Shown here piece after piece: positions 27,492 through 41,336 of a stretch of 64,000 bases of DNA; the stretch's first letter is position 1, and each line of letters starts with the position of its first letter. The notes under the pieces are model-generated. The model saw only the letters and a list, made by a program, of their open reading frames with translations. It was not told the DNA's origin and searched no databases. Source of the stretch: Gammaproteobacteria bacterium (GTDB lineage Bacteria; Pseudomonadota; Gammaproteobacteria; JABABF01); assembly GCA_965215045.1 (NCBI GenBank), contig OZ244031.1, positions 1,660,502 to 1,724,501 on the forward strand, read 5' to 3'. The translations under genes were made by a program, and so were the position numbers.

Positions 27492-29612
27492 GTGTCTCGT
27501 AGCACCCCCCTCAACCGTTATCGCAACATCGGTATCTGTGCGCACGTGGATGCGGGCAAAACCACCACCACCGAACGGGTGTTGTTCTATACCGGGCTCT
27601 CTCACCGCATCGGCGAGGTGCACGACGGCAATGCGATCATGGACTGGATGGACCAGGAACAAGAGCGCGGCATCACCATCACTTCGGCAGCCACCACCTG
27701 TCACTGGCGCGGCATGAACGGTGCGCATGATGAGCACCGCATCAACATCATCGACACCCCCGGGCACGTGGACTTCACCATCGAAGTCGAACGCTCCCTG
27801 CGCGTGCTGGATGGTGCCATTGTCGTCTTGTGTGGTGCTTCGGGTGTGCAGCCGCAGACCGAGACGGTGTGGCGCCAGGCCGATCGCTATGAAGTGCCGC
27901 GCATCGTTTTCGTCAACAAGATGGATCGCGCCGGTGCCGACTTCAATATGGTGATGGGGCAGTTGGAGAGCCGCCTCAAGGCGAAACCCGTGGCGGTGCA
28001 ACTGCCGGTGGGTGCCGAGGACAAGTTCCGCGGCGTGATCGACCTGGCGGGCATGAAAATGATCATCTGGAACGAGGAAGACCAGGGAGCCACTTTTGAA
28101 TTGCAGGAGATCCCGGAAGAAATGCGCGCCGAATGCGAGGCGCAGCGCGAGAAAATGCTGGAGATCGCCGCCGAGTCCACCGAGGAACTCATGGAAAAAT
28201 ACCTGGAAACCGGTTCGCTGGATGAACAGGAGATTCACGCCGGCCTGCGGCGCCGCACCCTGGATAACGAGGTGGTCCCGGTGCTGTGCGGATCGGCATT
28301 CAAGAACAAGGGTGTGCAGGCGGTGCTGGATGCGGTGCTGGATTACCTGCCGGCACCCACCGAGGTAAAAGCCATTCGCGGACACCTGGAAAACAGTGAG
28401 GACGAGGAGAGCCGTCCCGCCCAAGATGATGCGCCCTTTGCCGCCCTGGCCTTCAAGATTGCCACCGATCCTTTTGTCGGCACGCTGAGCTACCTGCGCG
28501 TCTATTCCGGGGTTGTGCGTTCGGGGGACTCGGTCTACAACCCGGTGAAAGGCAAGAAAGAACGCATCGGGCGCATGGTGCAAATGCATTCCAACGAGCG
28601 CAAGGAAATCAAGGAAGTCTACGCCGGCGATATCGCCGCCGCCGTGGGTCTCAAGAGCGTGACCACCGGCGACACCCTGTGTGCCCAGAAGCAGCCGATT
28701 ATCCTGGAGCGCATGGATTTTCCCGACCCGGTGATCTCCCTGGCGGTGGAACCCAAGACCAAGGGCGACCAGGAAAAAATGAGCCTGGCACTGGGCAAGC
28801 TGGCCCAGGAGGATCCCTCCTTCCAGGTGAGCACGGACGAGGAGAGCGGGCAGGTGATCATCTCCGGCATGGGCGAACTCCACCTGGAGGTGCTGGTCGA
28901 GAGAATGCGCCGCGAATTCAATGTCGATGCCAATGTCGGTAACCCGCAGGTCGCCTACCGCGAGACGATCCGCAAGCCCGTGGAGGTGGAGGGCAAGTAC
29001 ATTCGCCAGACCGGCGGTCGCGGTCAGTACGGTCACGTCTGGTTGCGCCTGGAACCGCTGCCGGAAGATGCCGAGTACGAATTCGTCAACAAGATCGCCG
29101 GCGGGGTGGTGCCGCGCGAATACATCCCGGCCGTCGACAAGGGAGTGCGTGAACAGATGCAGAACGGGGTGCTGGCCGGTTATCCCCTGCTGGCGATGCG
29201 TGTCACCTTGTATGACGGTTCCTTCCACGAGGTGGACTCGAGCGAAATCGCCTTTAAAATCGCCGCCTCCCACGCCTTGCGCGATGGCGCGCTGCAGGCG
29301 AACCCGGTCCTGCTGGAACCGATGATGAAAGTCGAAGTGGTGACGCCGGAGGACTACATGGGCGATGTGATCGGCGACCTGAACCGGCGCCGGGGGATCA
29401 TTCACAGCATGGATGAAATCCCGACCGGCAAGGCGGTGGACGCCGAGGCGCCGCTGGCCGAGATGTTCGGCTACGCCACCGACCTGCGCTCTCTCTCCCA
29501 GGGGCGTGCCACCTACACCATGGAGTTCCTGCGTTACGCCGAAGTGCCGCGCAGCGTCGCCGACGAGGTGGTGCAGCGTTCCGGGCGCCACCAGCACGCC
29601 GTCAACGAATAG
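27492..29612 (+). CDS. fusA: Elongation factor G
   Basis: [15 protein letters not shown] and NKMD. GTG start inferred at 27492. Confidence 0.97.
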   Translation: MSRSTPLNRYRNIGICAHVDAGKTTTTERVLFYTGLSHRIGEVHDGNAIMDWMDQEQERGITITSAATTCHWRGMNGAHDEHRINIIDTPGHVDFTIEVERSLRVLDGAIVVLCGASGVQPQTETVWRQADRYEVPRIVFVNKMDRAGADFNMVMGQLESRLKAKPVAVQLPVGAEDKFRGVIDLAGMKMIIWNEEDQGATFELQEIPEEMRAECEAQREKMLEIAAESTEELMEKYLETGSLDEQEIHAGLRRRTLDNEVVPVLCGSAFKNKGVQAVLDAVLDYLPAPTEVKAIRGHLENSEDEESRPAQDDAPFAALAFKIATDPFVGTLSYLRVYSGVVRSGDSVYNPVKGKKERIGRMVQMHSNERKEIKEVYAGDIAAAVGLKSVTTGDTLCAQKQPIILERMDFPDPVISLAVEPKTKGDQEKMSLALGKLAQEDPSFQVSTDEESGQVIISGMGELHLEVLVERMRREFNVDANVGNPQVAYRETIRKPVEVEGKYIRQTGGRGQYGHVWLRLEPLPEDAEYEFVNKIAGGVVPREYIPAVDKGVREQMQNGVLAGYPLLAMRVTLYDGSFHEVDSSEIAFKIAASHALRDGALQANPVLLEPMMKVEVVTPEDYMGDVIGDLNRRRGIIHSMDEIPTGKAVDAEAPLAEMFGYATDLRSLSQGRATYTMEFLRYAEVPRSVADEVVQRSGRHQHAVNE

Positions 29613-29791
29613 ACGCGGCGCGGACCTTTCCCGGGTCCGGACATTTCCCACATGCGCGCGCGAGCCGGCGGTGCGGTCCGCGGGCAACAGCGCGTTGCGG
29701 CGGGGAAACAGGCGCACCGCATACCACCGCCCCCCGGGAATGTGCCTGCCGGCTGGAGTATAATTTGAATTTGGAGTATGTGATTTTCTAA

Positions 29792-31264
<1,473 letters not shown>

Positions 31265-32866
31265 ATGAACGAGCGGCCGGCATCCGGGCGAGGCGAGGAC
31301 GGTGATGCGGCGGACATCCACGCAGACCGGCTGCTGATCTTAGACTTCGGTTCCCAGTACACCCAGCTGATCGCCCGCCGCGTGCGCGAAATCGGTGCCT
31401 ACTGCGAGATCCGTCCGTGGCACACGCCGCCCGCAGAAATACACGCCTTCGCCCCGCGCGCGCTGATTCTCTCCGGCGGCCCCGACACCCTGACCGCCGG
31501 GCAATCGATGCGCCTGTCGCCGGAGGCCCTGCCGGACGGGATTCCGGTGCTGGGGATCTGTTATGGCATGCAATTGCTGGCCGTGCATTGCGGCGGCGCA
31601 GTGGAGACCGCCGGTCATCGTGAGTACGGCCGCGCCCGGGTGCGCCTGGCGCAGCCCTGCCCGCTGTTCGACGGCCTGGCCACGGGCGCCGATGCCGCGC
31701 TCGAAGTATGGATGAGTCACGGCGACCGGGTCACGGTGCTGCCGGAAGGCTGGGAAGCCTGTGCTGCGACCGATAACGCGCCGATTGCGGCGATGCAGGA
31801 GCCGCGCCGCCGCTGGTATGGATTGCAGTTCCACCCCGAGGTCACCCATACTCCCCAGGGCGCGGAAATCCTGCGGCGCTTCGTCTGCGAAGTGGCGGGT
31901 CTGCAAGCACTCTGGACCCCGGCCGGCATTATCGACGACGCCATCGCCCGGGTACGCGCCCGGGTCGGCCGGGAACAGGTGTTGCTGGCCCTGTCCGGCG
32001 GCGTGGATTCCTGCGTAACCGCGGCACTGTTGCAGCGCGCCATCGGCGAACAATTGCTGTGCATTTTCGTCGACAACGGCCTGCTGCGGCTCGCAGAGGG
32101 CGACCAGGTGATGCGCGTCCTGGGCGAAGAAATGCAGGTGCATCTCGTGCGCGTGAACGCCGGCGAACGTTTTTTCTCCCGCCTGCGCGGCGTTGCCGAC
32201 CCGGAACGCAAGCGCCGCATCATCGGTGAGACCTTTATCGAAGTGTTCGAGGAAGAGGCGCATCGGCATGGCGGCATCCGCTGGCTGGCGCAGGGCACCA
32301 TTTACCCCGACGTCATCGAATCCGCCACCGCTGGCAGCACCGCACACACCATCAAGTCGCATCACAATGTCGGCGGCCTGCCGGAGCGCATGAAACTGCA
32401 GTTGCTGGAACCCCTGCGCGAACTGTTCAAGGACGAGGTGCGGGCCATCGGCACCGAACTGGGCCTGCCGCCGGCCCTGCTGCAGCGCCATCCTTTCCCG
32501 GGGCCGGGCCTGGGCGTGCGTATCCTGGGTGAAATCAGTGCAGAAGCCGCTGCCGTGCTGCGCTCTGCCGATGCGATCTTTATAGAGGAATTGCAGCACA
32601 GCGGCTGGTATCAGAAAACCGCGCAGGCCTTCGCCGTGTTCCTGCCGGTGCATTCCGTCGGCGTGACCGGGGACGCCCGCAAGTATGCGCCGGTGATCGC
32701 CCTGCGGGCCGTGGAGACCACCGATTTCATGACCGCCCGCCACGCGCGCCTGCCGCCGGAACTGCTGGCCCGGGTCACGGAACGCATCCTCAACGAAGTG
32801 CGCGGCGTCTCCCGGGTGGTGTACGACATCTCCGACAAACCGCCGGCCACCATCGAATGGGAATAA
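31265..32866 (+). CDS. guaA: GMP synthase (glutamine-hydrolysing)
   Basis: LDFGSQY, GICYGMQ, SGGVDS and KPPATIEWE. Confidence 0.98.
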   Translation: MNERPASGRGEDGDAADIHADRLLILDFGSQYTQLIARRVREIGAYCEIRPWHTPPAEIHAFAPRALILSGGPDTLTAGQSMRLSPEALPDGIPVLGICYGMQLLAVHCGGAVETAGHREYGRARVRLAQPCPLFDGLATGADAALEVWMSHGDRVTVLPEGWEACAATDNAPIAAMQEPRRRWYGLQFHPEVTHTPQGAEILRRFVCEVAGLQALWTPAGIIDDAIARVRARVGREQVLLALSGGVDSCVTAALLQRAIGEQLLCIFVDNGLLRLAEGDQVMRVLGEEMQVHLVRVNAGERFFSRLRGVADPERKRRIIGETFIEVFEEEAHRHGGIRWLAQGTIYPDVIESATAGSTAHTIKSHHNVGGLPERMKLQLLEPLRELFKDEVRAIGTELGLPPALLQRHPFPGPGLGVRILGEISAEAAAVLRSADAIFIEELQHSGWYQKTAQAFAVFLPVHSVGVTGDARKYAPVIALRAVETTDFMTARHARLPPELLARVTERILNEVRGVSRVVYDISDKPPATIEWE

Positions 32867-32907
32867 TTACGCGTACTTCCCCGGACCTGCGGCACACTGC
32901 AGAGCCG

Positions 32908-33603
32908 ATGGATGGATTTGAATTTCCCGTTGCCATCGTGCGCACCAGCCGGCGGCGCTCTGCGACGATCCAGGTCCAGGGCGCAGGCATCCTGGTACGA
33001 ACGCCGAAGACTCTTGCCGAACACCGCATTCGCGAGTTGATTACCAGGCATACCCCGTGGATCAGGCGCAAACTCAAGGAGGCGGAGATGGCACCTGTCA
33101 TCGAGCCCAGGAAATATGTCGCCGGCGAGAAATTTTCCTACTTGGGCAGGAATTATCGCCTGAAGATTGTGCACGGGGACCTCTGCTCTCTCAAGCTCAA
33201 AGGCGGCTATCTTGTAGCGACGGTTTCGCATTCCGCACCTGGGCAGGAGGCGCAACTCAGGTCTTTAGTCACCGGTTGGTACCGGGAACGCGCACAACAG
33301 CGCCTGGCGGAGAAGACCGGGAGATATGCCGGGATCATCGGGGTGACGCCCCGCTCCATGCGCCTGAAGACCTGCAAGTCCCGCTGGGGTTCCTGTTCGG
33401 CGAGAGGGGATATCAGTTACAACTGGTGCATCATCCTGGCCCCGCATCGCATTGTCGACTACGTGGTGGTGCATGAACTGTGTCACCTGTTGGAACAAAA
33501 CCATTCCCCGCGCTACTGGCAACACGTGCAGCGCCATGTCCCCGATTACAAGGAGCGGCGCGAGTGGTTGCGCGTGAACGGGGCGCGGCTTTTGCTTTCT
33601 TAG
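32908..33603 (+). CDS. YgjP/DUF45-like M48-related metallopeptidase
   Basis: RWGSCS and YVVVHELCH (HExxH) followed by NHS-x-x-(F/Y)W. Confidence 0.85.
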   Translation: MDGFEFPVAIVRTSRRRSATIQVQGAGILVRTPKTLAEHRIRELITRHTPWIRRKLKEAEMAPVIEPRKYVAGEKFSYLGRNYRLKIVHGDLCSLKLKGGYLVATVSHSAPGQEAQLRSLVTGWYRERAQQRLAEKTGRYAGIIGVTPRSMRLKTCKSRWGSCSARGDISYNWCIILAPHRIVDYVVVHELCHLLEQNHSPRYWQHVQRHVPDYKERREWLRVNGARLLLS

Positions 33604-33708
33604 CGCATACTGCCCGGCGAGTGTTCCGGGTACAATGGCATACGCCTCGGCGGGCATGGGCACCCTCGGCACCCTCCACGCGGCACCGGCGAGGGCGAGA
33701 CTAGTGGC

Positions 33709-35142
33709 ATGAGTGAGCGCACCCTGTACGATAAATTGTGGGACACGCATTGCGTGGGTACGCGCGATGACGGTTCCAGCCTGGTGTACATCGACCGTCA
33801 CCTGGTGCACGAGGTGACTTCGCCGCAGGCCTTTGCCGGCTTGCGCCTGGCGGGGCGGACGCCCTGGCGGCGGGAGGGGGCGGTCGCCACCCCGGACCAC
33901 AATGTGCCGACCGAGGCCGGGGAGCGCAGCGGCGGGGTGGAGGGGATTCGCGACCAGGTGTCGCGCGTGCAGGTGCAGGTTCTGAGCGAGAACTGTCGCG
34001 ATTTTGATATCACATTGCTGCCGATCAATGATACCCGCCAGGGAATCGTGCATGTGGTCGGCCCCGAACTGGGGGTCACGTTGCCCGGGATGACGGTGGT
34101 GTGCGGCGACTCTCACACTTCCACGCACGGTGCCCTGGGTGCCCTGGCATTCGGCATCGGCACCTCGGAGGTGGAGCATGTTTTTGCGACCCAGTGCCTG
34201 GTGCAGCACAAGATGCAGAACATGCGCGTGCGCATTCACGGTCGCTGTCCGCCGGGCATCAGTGCCAAGGACCTGGCGTTGGCCCTGATTGCGCAGATCG
34301 GTACGGCTGGCGGTGCGGGTTGTGCCATGGAATTTGCCGGGGAGGCGGTGGAGGCCTTGTCGATGGAGGGGCGCATGACCCTGTGCAACATGGCGGTGGA
34401 GGCCGGGGCGCGCTCCGGCATGGTCGCCGTCGACGAGCGTACCCTGGAATACGTGCGGGCGCGTCCCCATGCGCCGAAGGGCGAGATGTTGCGGGCGGCG
34501 GAGCGCGCCTGGGCGGAGCTCCACAGCGATGCCGGGGCCGCGTTTGAGCGCGAGACGGAGCTGGATGCCAGTGCCTTGGAACCGCAGGTCAGCTGGGGTA
34601 CGCAGCCGGACATGGTGACGCCGGTTGGCGAGCGCATTCCGGACCCGGCGCAGGAGACCGATGTCGGGCGTCGGCGCAGCATGGAGCGCGCCCTGGAATA
34701 CATGGACCTGCAGCCCGGGACCCCGGTGATGGAAATCCCGCTGGACCGCGTGTTTATCGGTTCCTGCACCAATGCCCGCCTGGAGGATTTGCGCATGGCC
34801 GCAGAAGTGTTGCGCGGTAAAAAAGTCGCAGCGCGCATCCGCCAGGCACTGGTGGTGCCGGGCTCGGGGCAGGTCAAGGCGGCGGCGGAAGAGGAGGGCC
34901 TGGACCGGGTGTTCGTCGATGCGGGCATGGAGTGGCGCGAGCCGGGTTGTTCGATGTGCCTGGGCATGAACCCCGACCGCCTGCAGCCGGGAGAGCATTG
35001 TGCTTCGACTTCCAATCGCAATTTTGAAGGGCGCCAGGGGCACGGTGGACGCACGCACCTGGTCAGCCCGGCGATGGCGGCGGCGGCGGCGGTGGCCGGA
35101 CATTTTGTCGACGTGCGCCAATGGCTGGGAGGCGGCGCCTGA
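33709..35142 (+). CDS. leuC: 3-isopropylmalate dehydratase, large subunit
   Basis: [23 protein letters not shown] and [10 protein letters not shown]. Confidence 0.97.
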   Translation: MSERTLYDKLWDTHCVGTRDDGSSLVYIDRHLVHEVTSPQAFAGLRLAGRTPWRREGAVATPDHNVPTEAGERSGGVEGIRDQVSRVQVQVLSENCRDFDITLLPINDTRQGIVHVVGPELGVTLPGMTVVCGDSHTSTHGALGALAFGIGTSEVEHVFATQCLVQHKMQNMRVRIHGRCPPGISAKDLALALIAQIGTAGGAGCAMEFAGEAVEALSMEGRMTLCNMAVEAGARSGMVAVDERTLEYVRARPHAPKGEMLRAAERAWAELHSDAGAAFERETELDASALEPQVSWGTQPDMVTPVGERIPDPAQETDVGRRRSMERALEYMDLQPGTPVMEIPLDRVFIGSCTNARLEDLRMAAEVLRGKKVAARIRQALVVPGSGQVKAAAEEEGLDRVFVDAGMEWREPGCSMCLGMNPDRLQPGEHCASTSNRNFEGRQGHGGRTHLVSPAMAAAAAVAGHFVDVRQWLGGGA

Positions 35143-35152
35143 GGGCGGCGGT

Positions 35153-35809
35153 ATGCCGATGGAACCGTTCACCCGTTTCGAGGCCCTGGTGGCACCGATG
35201 GACCGCGCCAACGTCGATACCGACCTGATGATTCCCAAGCAATTCCTGAAGTCCATTCAGCGTACCGGTTTCGGCCCGAACCTGTTTGACGGCCTGCGTT
35301 ATCTCGACGAGGGCGAACCGGGACAGGATTGCAGTGCGCGGCCGCTGAACCCGGAATTCTCCCTGAACCTGCCGCGTTACCAGGGCGCGGGCATCCTGCT
35401 GACCCGGGAGAACTTCGGTTGCGGTTCGAGCCGGGAGCACGCGGTCTGGGCGGTGGGCGAGTACGGTTTTCGCTGCATCATCGCGCCCAGCTTCGCCGAT
35501 ATTTTCTATAACAACTGCTGCAAGAACGGCATTTTGCCCCTGGCCCTGCCGGCGGAGACGGTGCAGCAGCTGTTCGAAGAGCTGTACGCGCAGGAGGGCT
35601 ACCGCCTTGCGGTTGACCTGCAGAAGATGCAGGTACAAAAGCCGGACGGTGCAATCCTGGACTTCCAGATGGACGAGTTCCGGCGGCAATGCCTGCTCAA
35701 GGGCCTCGATGAGATCGCCCTGAGCCTGGAGAGCGCAGACCAGATCCGCGCTTTTGAACAACACCGGCGGCGGGAAGCACCCTGGGTGTTCAGGGGCCCC
35801 CTGTCCTGA
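35153..35809 (+). CDS. leuD: 3-isopropylmalate dehydratase, small subunit
   Basis: NVDTD-x-x-IPKQFL and [11 protein letters not shown]. Start could be 35159. Confidence 0.96.
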   Translation: MPMEPFTRFEALVAPMDRANVDTDLMIPKQFLKSIQRTGFGPNLFDGLRYLDEGEPGQDCSARPLNPEFSLNLPRYQGAGILLTRENFGCGSSREHAVWAVGEYGFRCIIAPSFADIFYNNCCKNGILPLALPAETVQQLFEELYAQEGYRLAVDLQKMQVQKPDGAILDFQMDEFRRQCLLKGLDEIALSLESADQIRAFEQHRRREAPWVFRGPLS

Positions 35810-35863
35810 GCACCGGGGCGGTCTCTTTCCGCTCCCGGACCGCGCTTGCGACTCTCCGTTGCC

Positions 35864-36955
35864 ATGAGTGATGCACAACTGCTGCTCTTGCCCGGGGATG
35901 GAATCGGCCCCGAGGTCATCGCCGCTGCCGAACAGGTGCTGGAGGCGGTGGAGCGGCGCTTTGCCCTGGGACTGCACTGGGAGAGAGCACTGATCGGGGG
36001 TGCGGCACTGGATGCACACGGCGTTCCCTTGCCGGAGGAAACCGCCCGCTGTGCCGAAAAGGCGCGGGCGGTGTTGCTGGGGGCGGTCGGCGGCCCCGGC
36101 TGGGATGAGCGGGAGCGTTCGCTGCGCCCCGAACAGGGGCTGCTGCAATTGCGCGCCCGCCTGGGTTTGTTTGCCAACCTGCGCCCGGCGGTACTGTACG
36201 AGGAACTGCTCTCTGCCTCCTCCCTGCGCCCGGAAATTATCCGCGGCCTGGACATCCTGATCGTGCGCGAGTTGATCGGCGGGCTCTACTTCGGCGAGCC
36301 GCGCGGGCTGCGCACCCTGGACAGCGGTGAGCGTCAGGGTTTCAACACCATGGTCTACTCCGAGTCCGAGATCCGGCGCATCGGCGAGACCGCCTTCCGC
36401 CTGGCCAGTGCGCGCAGCGGTCGGCTGTGCTCGGTGGACAAGGCGAATGTGCTGGAGGTCAGCGGCCTGTGGCGCGAGGTCATGGATGCGCTGGCCGCAC
36501 AATACCCGGGCGTGGAATTGAGCCATCTCTACGTGGATAATGCCGCGATGCAACTGGTGCGCGCCCCCCTGCAGTTTGACGTCATCGTCAGCGGCAACCT
36601 GTTCGGCGATATTCTTTCCGATGCCGCGGCGATGCTCACCGGCTCGATCGGCATGTTGCCCTCGGCATCCCTGGACGAGAGCGGCGGCGGCATGTATGAA
36701 CCCTGTCACGGTTCGGCACCGGAGATCGCCGGGCGCGATGAGGCCAATCCCCTGGCGACCATTCTCTCCCTGGCGATGCTGCTGCGCCATTCCCTGCAGC
36801 GAGAGGACGCGGCGACGGCGGTGGAAAATGCGGTGCGCACGGTGTTGCGGGACGGGTTGCGCACCCCGGACATTCACGCACCGGACTGCCGGCGGGTCGG
36901 CACCCGGGAAATGGCATCGGCGGTGGCGGCCGTCGTCGAGCGGGACGATGCCTGA
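35864..36955 (+). CDS. leuB: 3-isopropylmalate dehydrogenase
   Basis: [16 protein letters not shown] and HGSAP. Confidence 0.97.
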   Translation: MSDAQLLLLPGDGIGPEVIAAAEQVLEAVERRFALGLHWERALIGGAALDAHGVPLPEETARCAEKARAVLLGAVGGPGWDERERSLRPEQGLLQLRARLGLFANLRPAVLYEELLSASSLRPEIIRGLDILIVRELIGGLYFGEPRGLRTLDSGERQGFNTMVYSESEIRRIGETAFRLASARSGRLCSVDKANVLEVSGLWREVMDALAAQYPGVELSHLYVDNAAMQLVRAPLQFDVIVSGNLFGDILSDAAAMLTGSIGMLPSASLDESGGGMYEPCHGSAPEIAGRDEANPLATILSLAMLLRHSLQREDAATAVENAVRTVLRDGLRTPDIHAPDCRRVGTREMASAVAAVVERDDA

Positions 36956-37967
36956 GCGTTGCGACGTGGCGGTGCTGGGTGCTACCGGTGCGGTCGGCGG
37001 GACCATGTTGCAGATCCTGGCACAGCGCAATTTTCCTGTGCAGGAGGTTTATGCACTCGGCAGCGAACGTTCGGCGGGACGCAAGATTTCCTGGGGTGAG
37101 CGTGAACTCACGGTACAGAATGCCGCGGATTTTGATTTCGGCAAGGCGCAGATCGCGCTGTTTTCCGCGGGTTCGGCGGTCTCGGAACAGTACGCACCGC
37201 GTGCTGCCGCAGCCGGTTGCAAGATCATCGACAATACTTCGCGCTTTCGTTACGAGGACGATGTACCGCTGGTCGTGCCGGAAATCAACGCCCGGCGCAT
37301 CGCCGACAGCCATCGGCGCGGCATTATCGCCAACCCCAACTGTTCGACCATCCAGATGGCACTGGCCCTGGCACCGATTCACCGCGCCGCGGGATTGAGC
37401 CGCATCAACGTCGCCACCTACCAGTCGGTCTCGGGCAGGGGCCGGAGCGGCATGGAGGAACTGGCAGAGCAGAGCCGGGCACTGCTGGATGGCAAGGATA
37501 TTAAACCGGCGGCGTTCCCGGTGCAGATCGCCTTCAACGTGTTGCCCCAGATCGATCGTTTCGAAGACAACGGCTACACCTACGAGGAGATGAAAATGGT
37601 ATGGGAGATGCAGAAAATTTTCGAGGACCCCGGCATCCTCGTGAACCCTACCTGCGTCCGGGTGCCGGTGTTTTGCGGCCATTCCGAGGCCTTGCACATC
37701 GAGACCCGGGAAAAAATCACTGCGCTGCAGGCACGGGAACTGCTGGCTGAGGCACCCGGCGTGATCTTGATGGATGAGCGTCGAGACGGGGGGTACCCGA
37801 CGCCGGCCGGGCAGGGCAGCGGGGAAGATGCCGTGTATGTCGGCCGCCTGCGCGAGGATCTTTCGCATCCCCGCGGTTTGACAATGTGGGTGGTGTCTGA
37901 TAACCTGCGCAAAGGTGCAGCCTTGAACAGCGTGCAAATTGCAGAAGTGCTTGTGCAGGGTGCATAG
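36948..37967 (+). CDS. asd: Aspartate-semialdehyde dehydrogenase
   Basis: GATGAVG, NPNCST and [10 protein letters not shown]. Confidence 0.96.
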   Translation: MPERCDVAVLGATGAVGGTMLQILAQRNFPVQEVYALGSERSAGRKISWGERELTVQNAADFDFGKAQIALFSAGSAVSEQYAPRAAAAGCKIIDNTSRFRYEDDVPLVVPEINARRIADSHRRGIIANPNCSTIQMALALAPIHRAAGLSRINVATYQSVSGRGRSGMEELAEQSRALLDGKDIKPAAFPVQIAFNVLPQIDRFEDNGYTYEEMKMVWEMQKIFEDPGILVNPTCVRVPVFCGHSEALHIETREKITALQARELLAEAPGVILMDERRDGGYPTPAGQGSGEDAVYVGRLREDLSHPRGLTMWVVSDNLRKGAALNSVQIAEVLVQGA

Positions 37968-38079
37968 AAGCTTCAAAAAACCAGGCGAAAAACCAAACGC
38001 AAGACGCAAGACGATGCAGACGAAGACAAGGGCTTGCAACATTTTTCCGTTCCGGGTTGTTCCACGGGGGTTCCTAAGA

Positions 38080-38433
38080 ATGAAATCAAAAATCCTGCAC
38101 GCTGTGTTTGCCTGCTGCCTGGGCTTCGGCCTGGCGGTGGCGGCCCTTGTGGCGTCCCCGGACGCCGTCGCCCAGGGAATTTGCGAAACGGATGAGGGAC
38201 GTTTCTACGGCCCGGTGCGCCCGGGACAAAGCCTGTGGACCATCTCCCAGGCAACCGCCCCGGCGGGTGCCAACGTGGCGCGCATGGCGGCGGCGATTCG
38301 GCGCATTAATCCCCGGGCTTTTATCAATGGCAACGCCAACCAGTTGCGTACCTGCCTGTTTTTGCGCCTGCCCAATCAGCGCGACCTGCGGCGGGTATCC
38401 AACCAGGACCTGCAACGGATTCTCTCGCAGTAA
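38080..38433 (+). CDS. Small exported LysM-domain protein (minimal FimV N-terminal-like)
   Basis: Signal peptide, then YGPVRPGQSLWTIS...INPRAFINGNANQL. Occupies the asd-fimV-truA slot. Confidence 0.7.
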   Translation: MKSKILHAVFACCLGFGLAVAALVASPDAVAQGICETDEGRFYGPVRPGQSLWTISQATAPAGANVARMAAAIRRINPRAFINGNANQLRTCLFLRLPNQRDLRRVSNQDLQRILSQ

Positions 38434-38551
38434 AACCCGACTTCTTTTTTTTTCCGCCCGTGGACCGGCGCCGCCCGGCCCGGTTCTCTCGCTCCTGGTG
38501 GTTTGCCCGGGAAGCTTCAGCCTTATTCCCCGCAACGCGCCGCGCCTGACC

Positions 38552-39403
38552 GTGGAGCAGTCTCAAAGTTCGCGCCTGGCACTCGGCCTGGAATATGATG
38601 GCAGTGATTTTTACGGCTGGCAGCGACAGGACAACGGCCCGCAGCACACGGTGCAATCCTGCCTGGAACAAGCGCTTTCGAAGATCGCCGACTGCGAGCT
38701 GCGCACCGTGGCGGCCGGACGCACCGATGCGGGTGTGCATGCCTGCCGCCAGGTCGTGCATTTCGATGCGCCGGCGACACGCGAAATGCGCGCCTGGAGC
38801 GCGGGAGTGAACAGCCTGCTGCCCGCCTCGGTGCGCGTGCTGTGGGCGCAAGCGGTTGCGGAGGATTTCCACGCGCGCTTTTCCGCCATTGCGCGGCGCT
38901 ATCGTTACCTGGTGTACAACGCGCCGGAAGCACCGGCACTGATGCGCCGACAACTGGATTGGGAACCGCAAAGGCTCGATGTCGCGGACATGCAGCGGGC
39001 GGGACAGGCACTGGTGGGGGAGCACGACTTTCGCGCTTTTTGCGCCGCCGGCGACCAGTCGCGCAGCACGGTGCGCGAGTTGCATTTTTTGCGGGTGTTT
39101 CGCCTGGAACCGCTGGTGGTAATCGATGTGCAGGCAAACGCTTTTTTGCTGCGCATGGTGCGCAATCTTGCCGGTGCCCTCAAGGCGGTGGGGCGCGGGC
39201 AGAAACCCGTCGACTGGGTGGGTGAAATACTGGCGGCCGGTGACCGCCGCCGACTCGGGAAAACAGCACCGGCAGCGGGTCTGTACCTGGTCGACGTGCG
39301 GTACCCGGAGCGCTATTCCCTTCCCGGCGGCAGGCCCGGGCCTTTTTTTCTGTTCCCGCAAACGTCGCTCACCGGTGCCGGTCACTGCGGTGCCAGCACC
39401 TGA
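38552..39403 (+). CDS. truA: tRNA pseudouridine(38-40) synthase
   Basis: YDGS-x-F-x-GWQ, AGRTDAGVHA and FHARFSA. GTG start inferred. Confidence 0.95.
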   Translation: MEQSQSSRLALGLEYDGSDFYGWQRQDNGPQHTVQSCLEQALSKIADCELRTVAAGRTDAGVHACRQVVHFDAPATREMRAWSAGVNSLLPASVRVLWAQAVAEDFHARFSAIARRYRYLVYNAPEAPALMRRQLDWEPQRLDVADMQRAGQALVGEHDFRAFCAAGDQSRSTVRELHFLRVFRLEPLVVIDVQANAFLLRMVRNLAGALKAVGRGQKPVDWVGEILAAGDRRRLGKTAPAAGLYLVDVRYPERYSLPGGRPGPFFLFPQTSLTGAGHCGAST

Positions 39404-39475
39404 ACCGGGAGGTACGAGACGAGTGCGCCGCCCCGGTTTTGCTATCATAGAACGCTATTGTCGCCTCTCTGCGCC

Positions 39476-40132
39476 ATGTCGAGCCCCATCCGCATCAAGA
39501 TCTGCGGCGTGACCCGCCCCGAAGACGCTTATGCCGCCGCCCTGGCCGGTGCCGATGCGATCGGCATGGTATTTGCAGCGCAGAGTCCGCGCCGGGTGGG
39601 TGCGGCCGTCGCGCGGGAGATTCTCGCCGCCCTGCCTCCTTACGTCACTTCCATCGGCCTGTTCATGGACTCCGGTGCGGAAGCGGTACGTGAGATCCTG
39701 GCCGAAGTTCCGCTGTGCGCGTTGCAGTTTCACGGCGCAGAGGAACCCGGGGAATGCGCAGCTCATGGGCGCCCGTACATCAAGACGGTGCCGGCGGCGG
39801 AATGTGATATCGAAGAGGAGTTGCGGCGCGCCCGGCAAGCGCACCCGGCTGCACAGGCCCTGCTGCTGGACGGGCACGGGCCGGGAGAGCAGGGCGGGAG
39901 CGGGCGCAGCTTTGCCTGGACCCCGCTGCCCCGGGATGCCCGCTCGACGGTGATCGTCGCCGGTGGGCTGCATGCCGGCAACGTGCGCCGGGCATTGCAG
40001 ACTACCGGGGCGCGCGCAGTCGATGTCTGCAGTGGAGTGGAAGATGCCCCGGGCATTAAAAACCCGGACAAGATACGCGCCTTTATCGCGGCAGTGCAGG
40101 AGTACAGCACCGCCCCTTCCGCCCATGCCTGA
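39476..40132 (+). CDS. trpF: Phosphoribosylanthranilate isomerase
   Basis: IKICG-x-TR, LQFHG and AGGL...N. Confidence 0.94.
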   Translation: MSSPIRIKICGVTRPEDAYAAALAGADAIGMVFAAQSPRRVGAAVAREILAALPPYVTSIGLFMDSGAEAVREILAEVPLCALQFHGAEEPGECAAHGRPYIKTVPAAECDIEEELRRARQAHPAAQALLLDGHGPGEQGGSGRSFAWTPLPRDARSTVIVAGGLHAGNVRRALQTTGARAVDVCSGVEDAPGIKNPDKIRAFIAAVQEYSTAPSAHA

Positions 40133-41336
40133 ACCGTTCGTATACCCGGACCTGCCGGACGAAGAGGGATACTTCGATCAATACGGCGGCCGTTTCGTCG
40201 CCGAGACCCTGGTCGCTGCACTCGATGCGCTGGAGCAGGCGCGCCGCAAATGGATGCAGTCGCCGGAATTCCTCGCCGAACTGGAAACCGACCTGCGCGA
40301 TTATGCGGGGCGTCCCACGCCCTTGTACTGCGCCGCCCACTGGAGCCGCAAGCTGGGCGGGGCCCGTCTATGGTTAAAGCGCGAAGACCTGGCCCATACA
40401 GGTGCTCACAAGATCAACAACACCGTGGGGCAATCACTGCTGGCGCGCTACATGGGCAAAACACGCCTGATCGCAGAGACCGGTGCCGGCCAGCACGGCG
40501 TGGCGACGGCCACGGTCGCCGCCCGCCTGGGCCTGCGCTGTTGCGTGTACATGGGTGAGGAGGATATGCGCCGCCAGGCCTTGAACGTGCAGCGCATGCA
40601 ATTGCTGGGTGCGGAAGTTGTCTGTGTATCCTCCGGCACGAAGACGCTGAAAGATGCGCTGAACGAGGCCTTGCGGGACTGGGTCGGCAATGTCGATGAC
40701 ACCTTTTACGTGATCGGCTCGGCGGCCGGGCCGCATCCCTATCCGCGCCTGGTACGCGATTTCCAGGCGGTCATCGGGCGCGAGGCGCGCGCCCAATGCC
40801 TGGAGCAGCTGGGGCGCCTGCCCGACGCCCTCGTGGCCTGCGTCGGCGGTGGTTCCAATGCCATCGGCCTGTTTTATCCTTTCCTGGAAGACGAGGCGGT
40901 GGCACTCTACGGCGTCGAAGCGGGTGGCAGCGGGCTGGACAGCGGACAGCATGCCGCGCCGCTGTGCGCCGGACGCAGCGGCATTCTGCACGGCCAGCGC
41001 AGTTACCTGATGCAGGACGAGCAGGGCCAGGTGCTGAACACGCATTCCATATCCGCCGGGCTGGATTACCCGGCGGTCGGGCCGGAACATGCCTGGCTGC
41101 ACGACCGGGGGCGCGCGCAGTACCTGGCGGTGGAAGACTCCGAGGCACTGGCGGCCTTCCATACCCTGTGTCGCACGGAGGGCATCCTGCCGGCCCTGGA
41201 GAGCAGTCACGCACTGGCCTTTGCCGCGCGTCTCGCCCGGGAACGCGGCGTCGGCGGCGAGATCGTCGTCAACCTGTCCGGGCGCGGCGACAAGGACATG
41301 TCCACGGCGGCTGAACACGAGGTACCGGCACCGTGA
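40125..41336 (+). CDS. trpB: Tryptophan synthase beta chain
   Basis: HTGAHKINN (PLP lysine), GGGSNA and NLSGRGDKD. Confidence 0.97.
   Translation: MPEPFVYPDLPDEEGYFDQYGGRFVAETLVAALDALEQARRKWMQSPEFLAELETDLRDYAGRPTPLYCAAHWSRKLGGARLWLKREDLAHTGAHKINNTVGQSLLARYMGKTRLIAETGAGQHGVATATVAARLGLRCCVYMGEEDMRRQALNVQRMQLLGAEVVCVSSGTKTLKDALNEALRDWVGNVDDTFYVIGSAAGPHPYPRLVRDFQAVIGREARAQCLEQLGRLPDALVACVGGGSNAIGLFYPFLEDEAVALYGVEAGGSGLDSGQHAAPLCAGRSGILHGQRSYLMQDEQGQVLNTHSISAGLDYPAVGPEHAWLHDRGRAQYLAVEDSEALAAFHTLCRTEGILPALESSHALAFAARLARERGVGGEIVVNLSGRGDKDMSTAAEHEVPAP

Noticed and set aside
33635-33712. Short ORF upstream of leuC as a leucine attenuator leader
   Set aside because: No run of Leu codons, no terminator with a U-tract, and its start overlaps the likely -10 (TACAAT).
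37968-38035. A-rich degenerate ACGCAAG repeats after asd
   Set aside because: Short and irregular, and not distinguishable from low-complexity spacer DNA.
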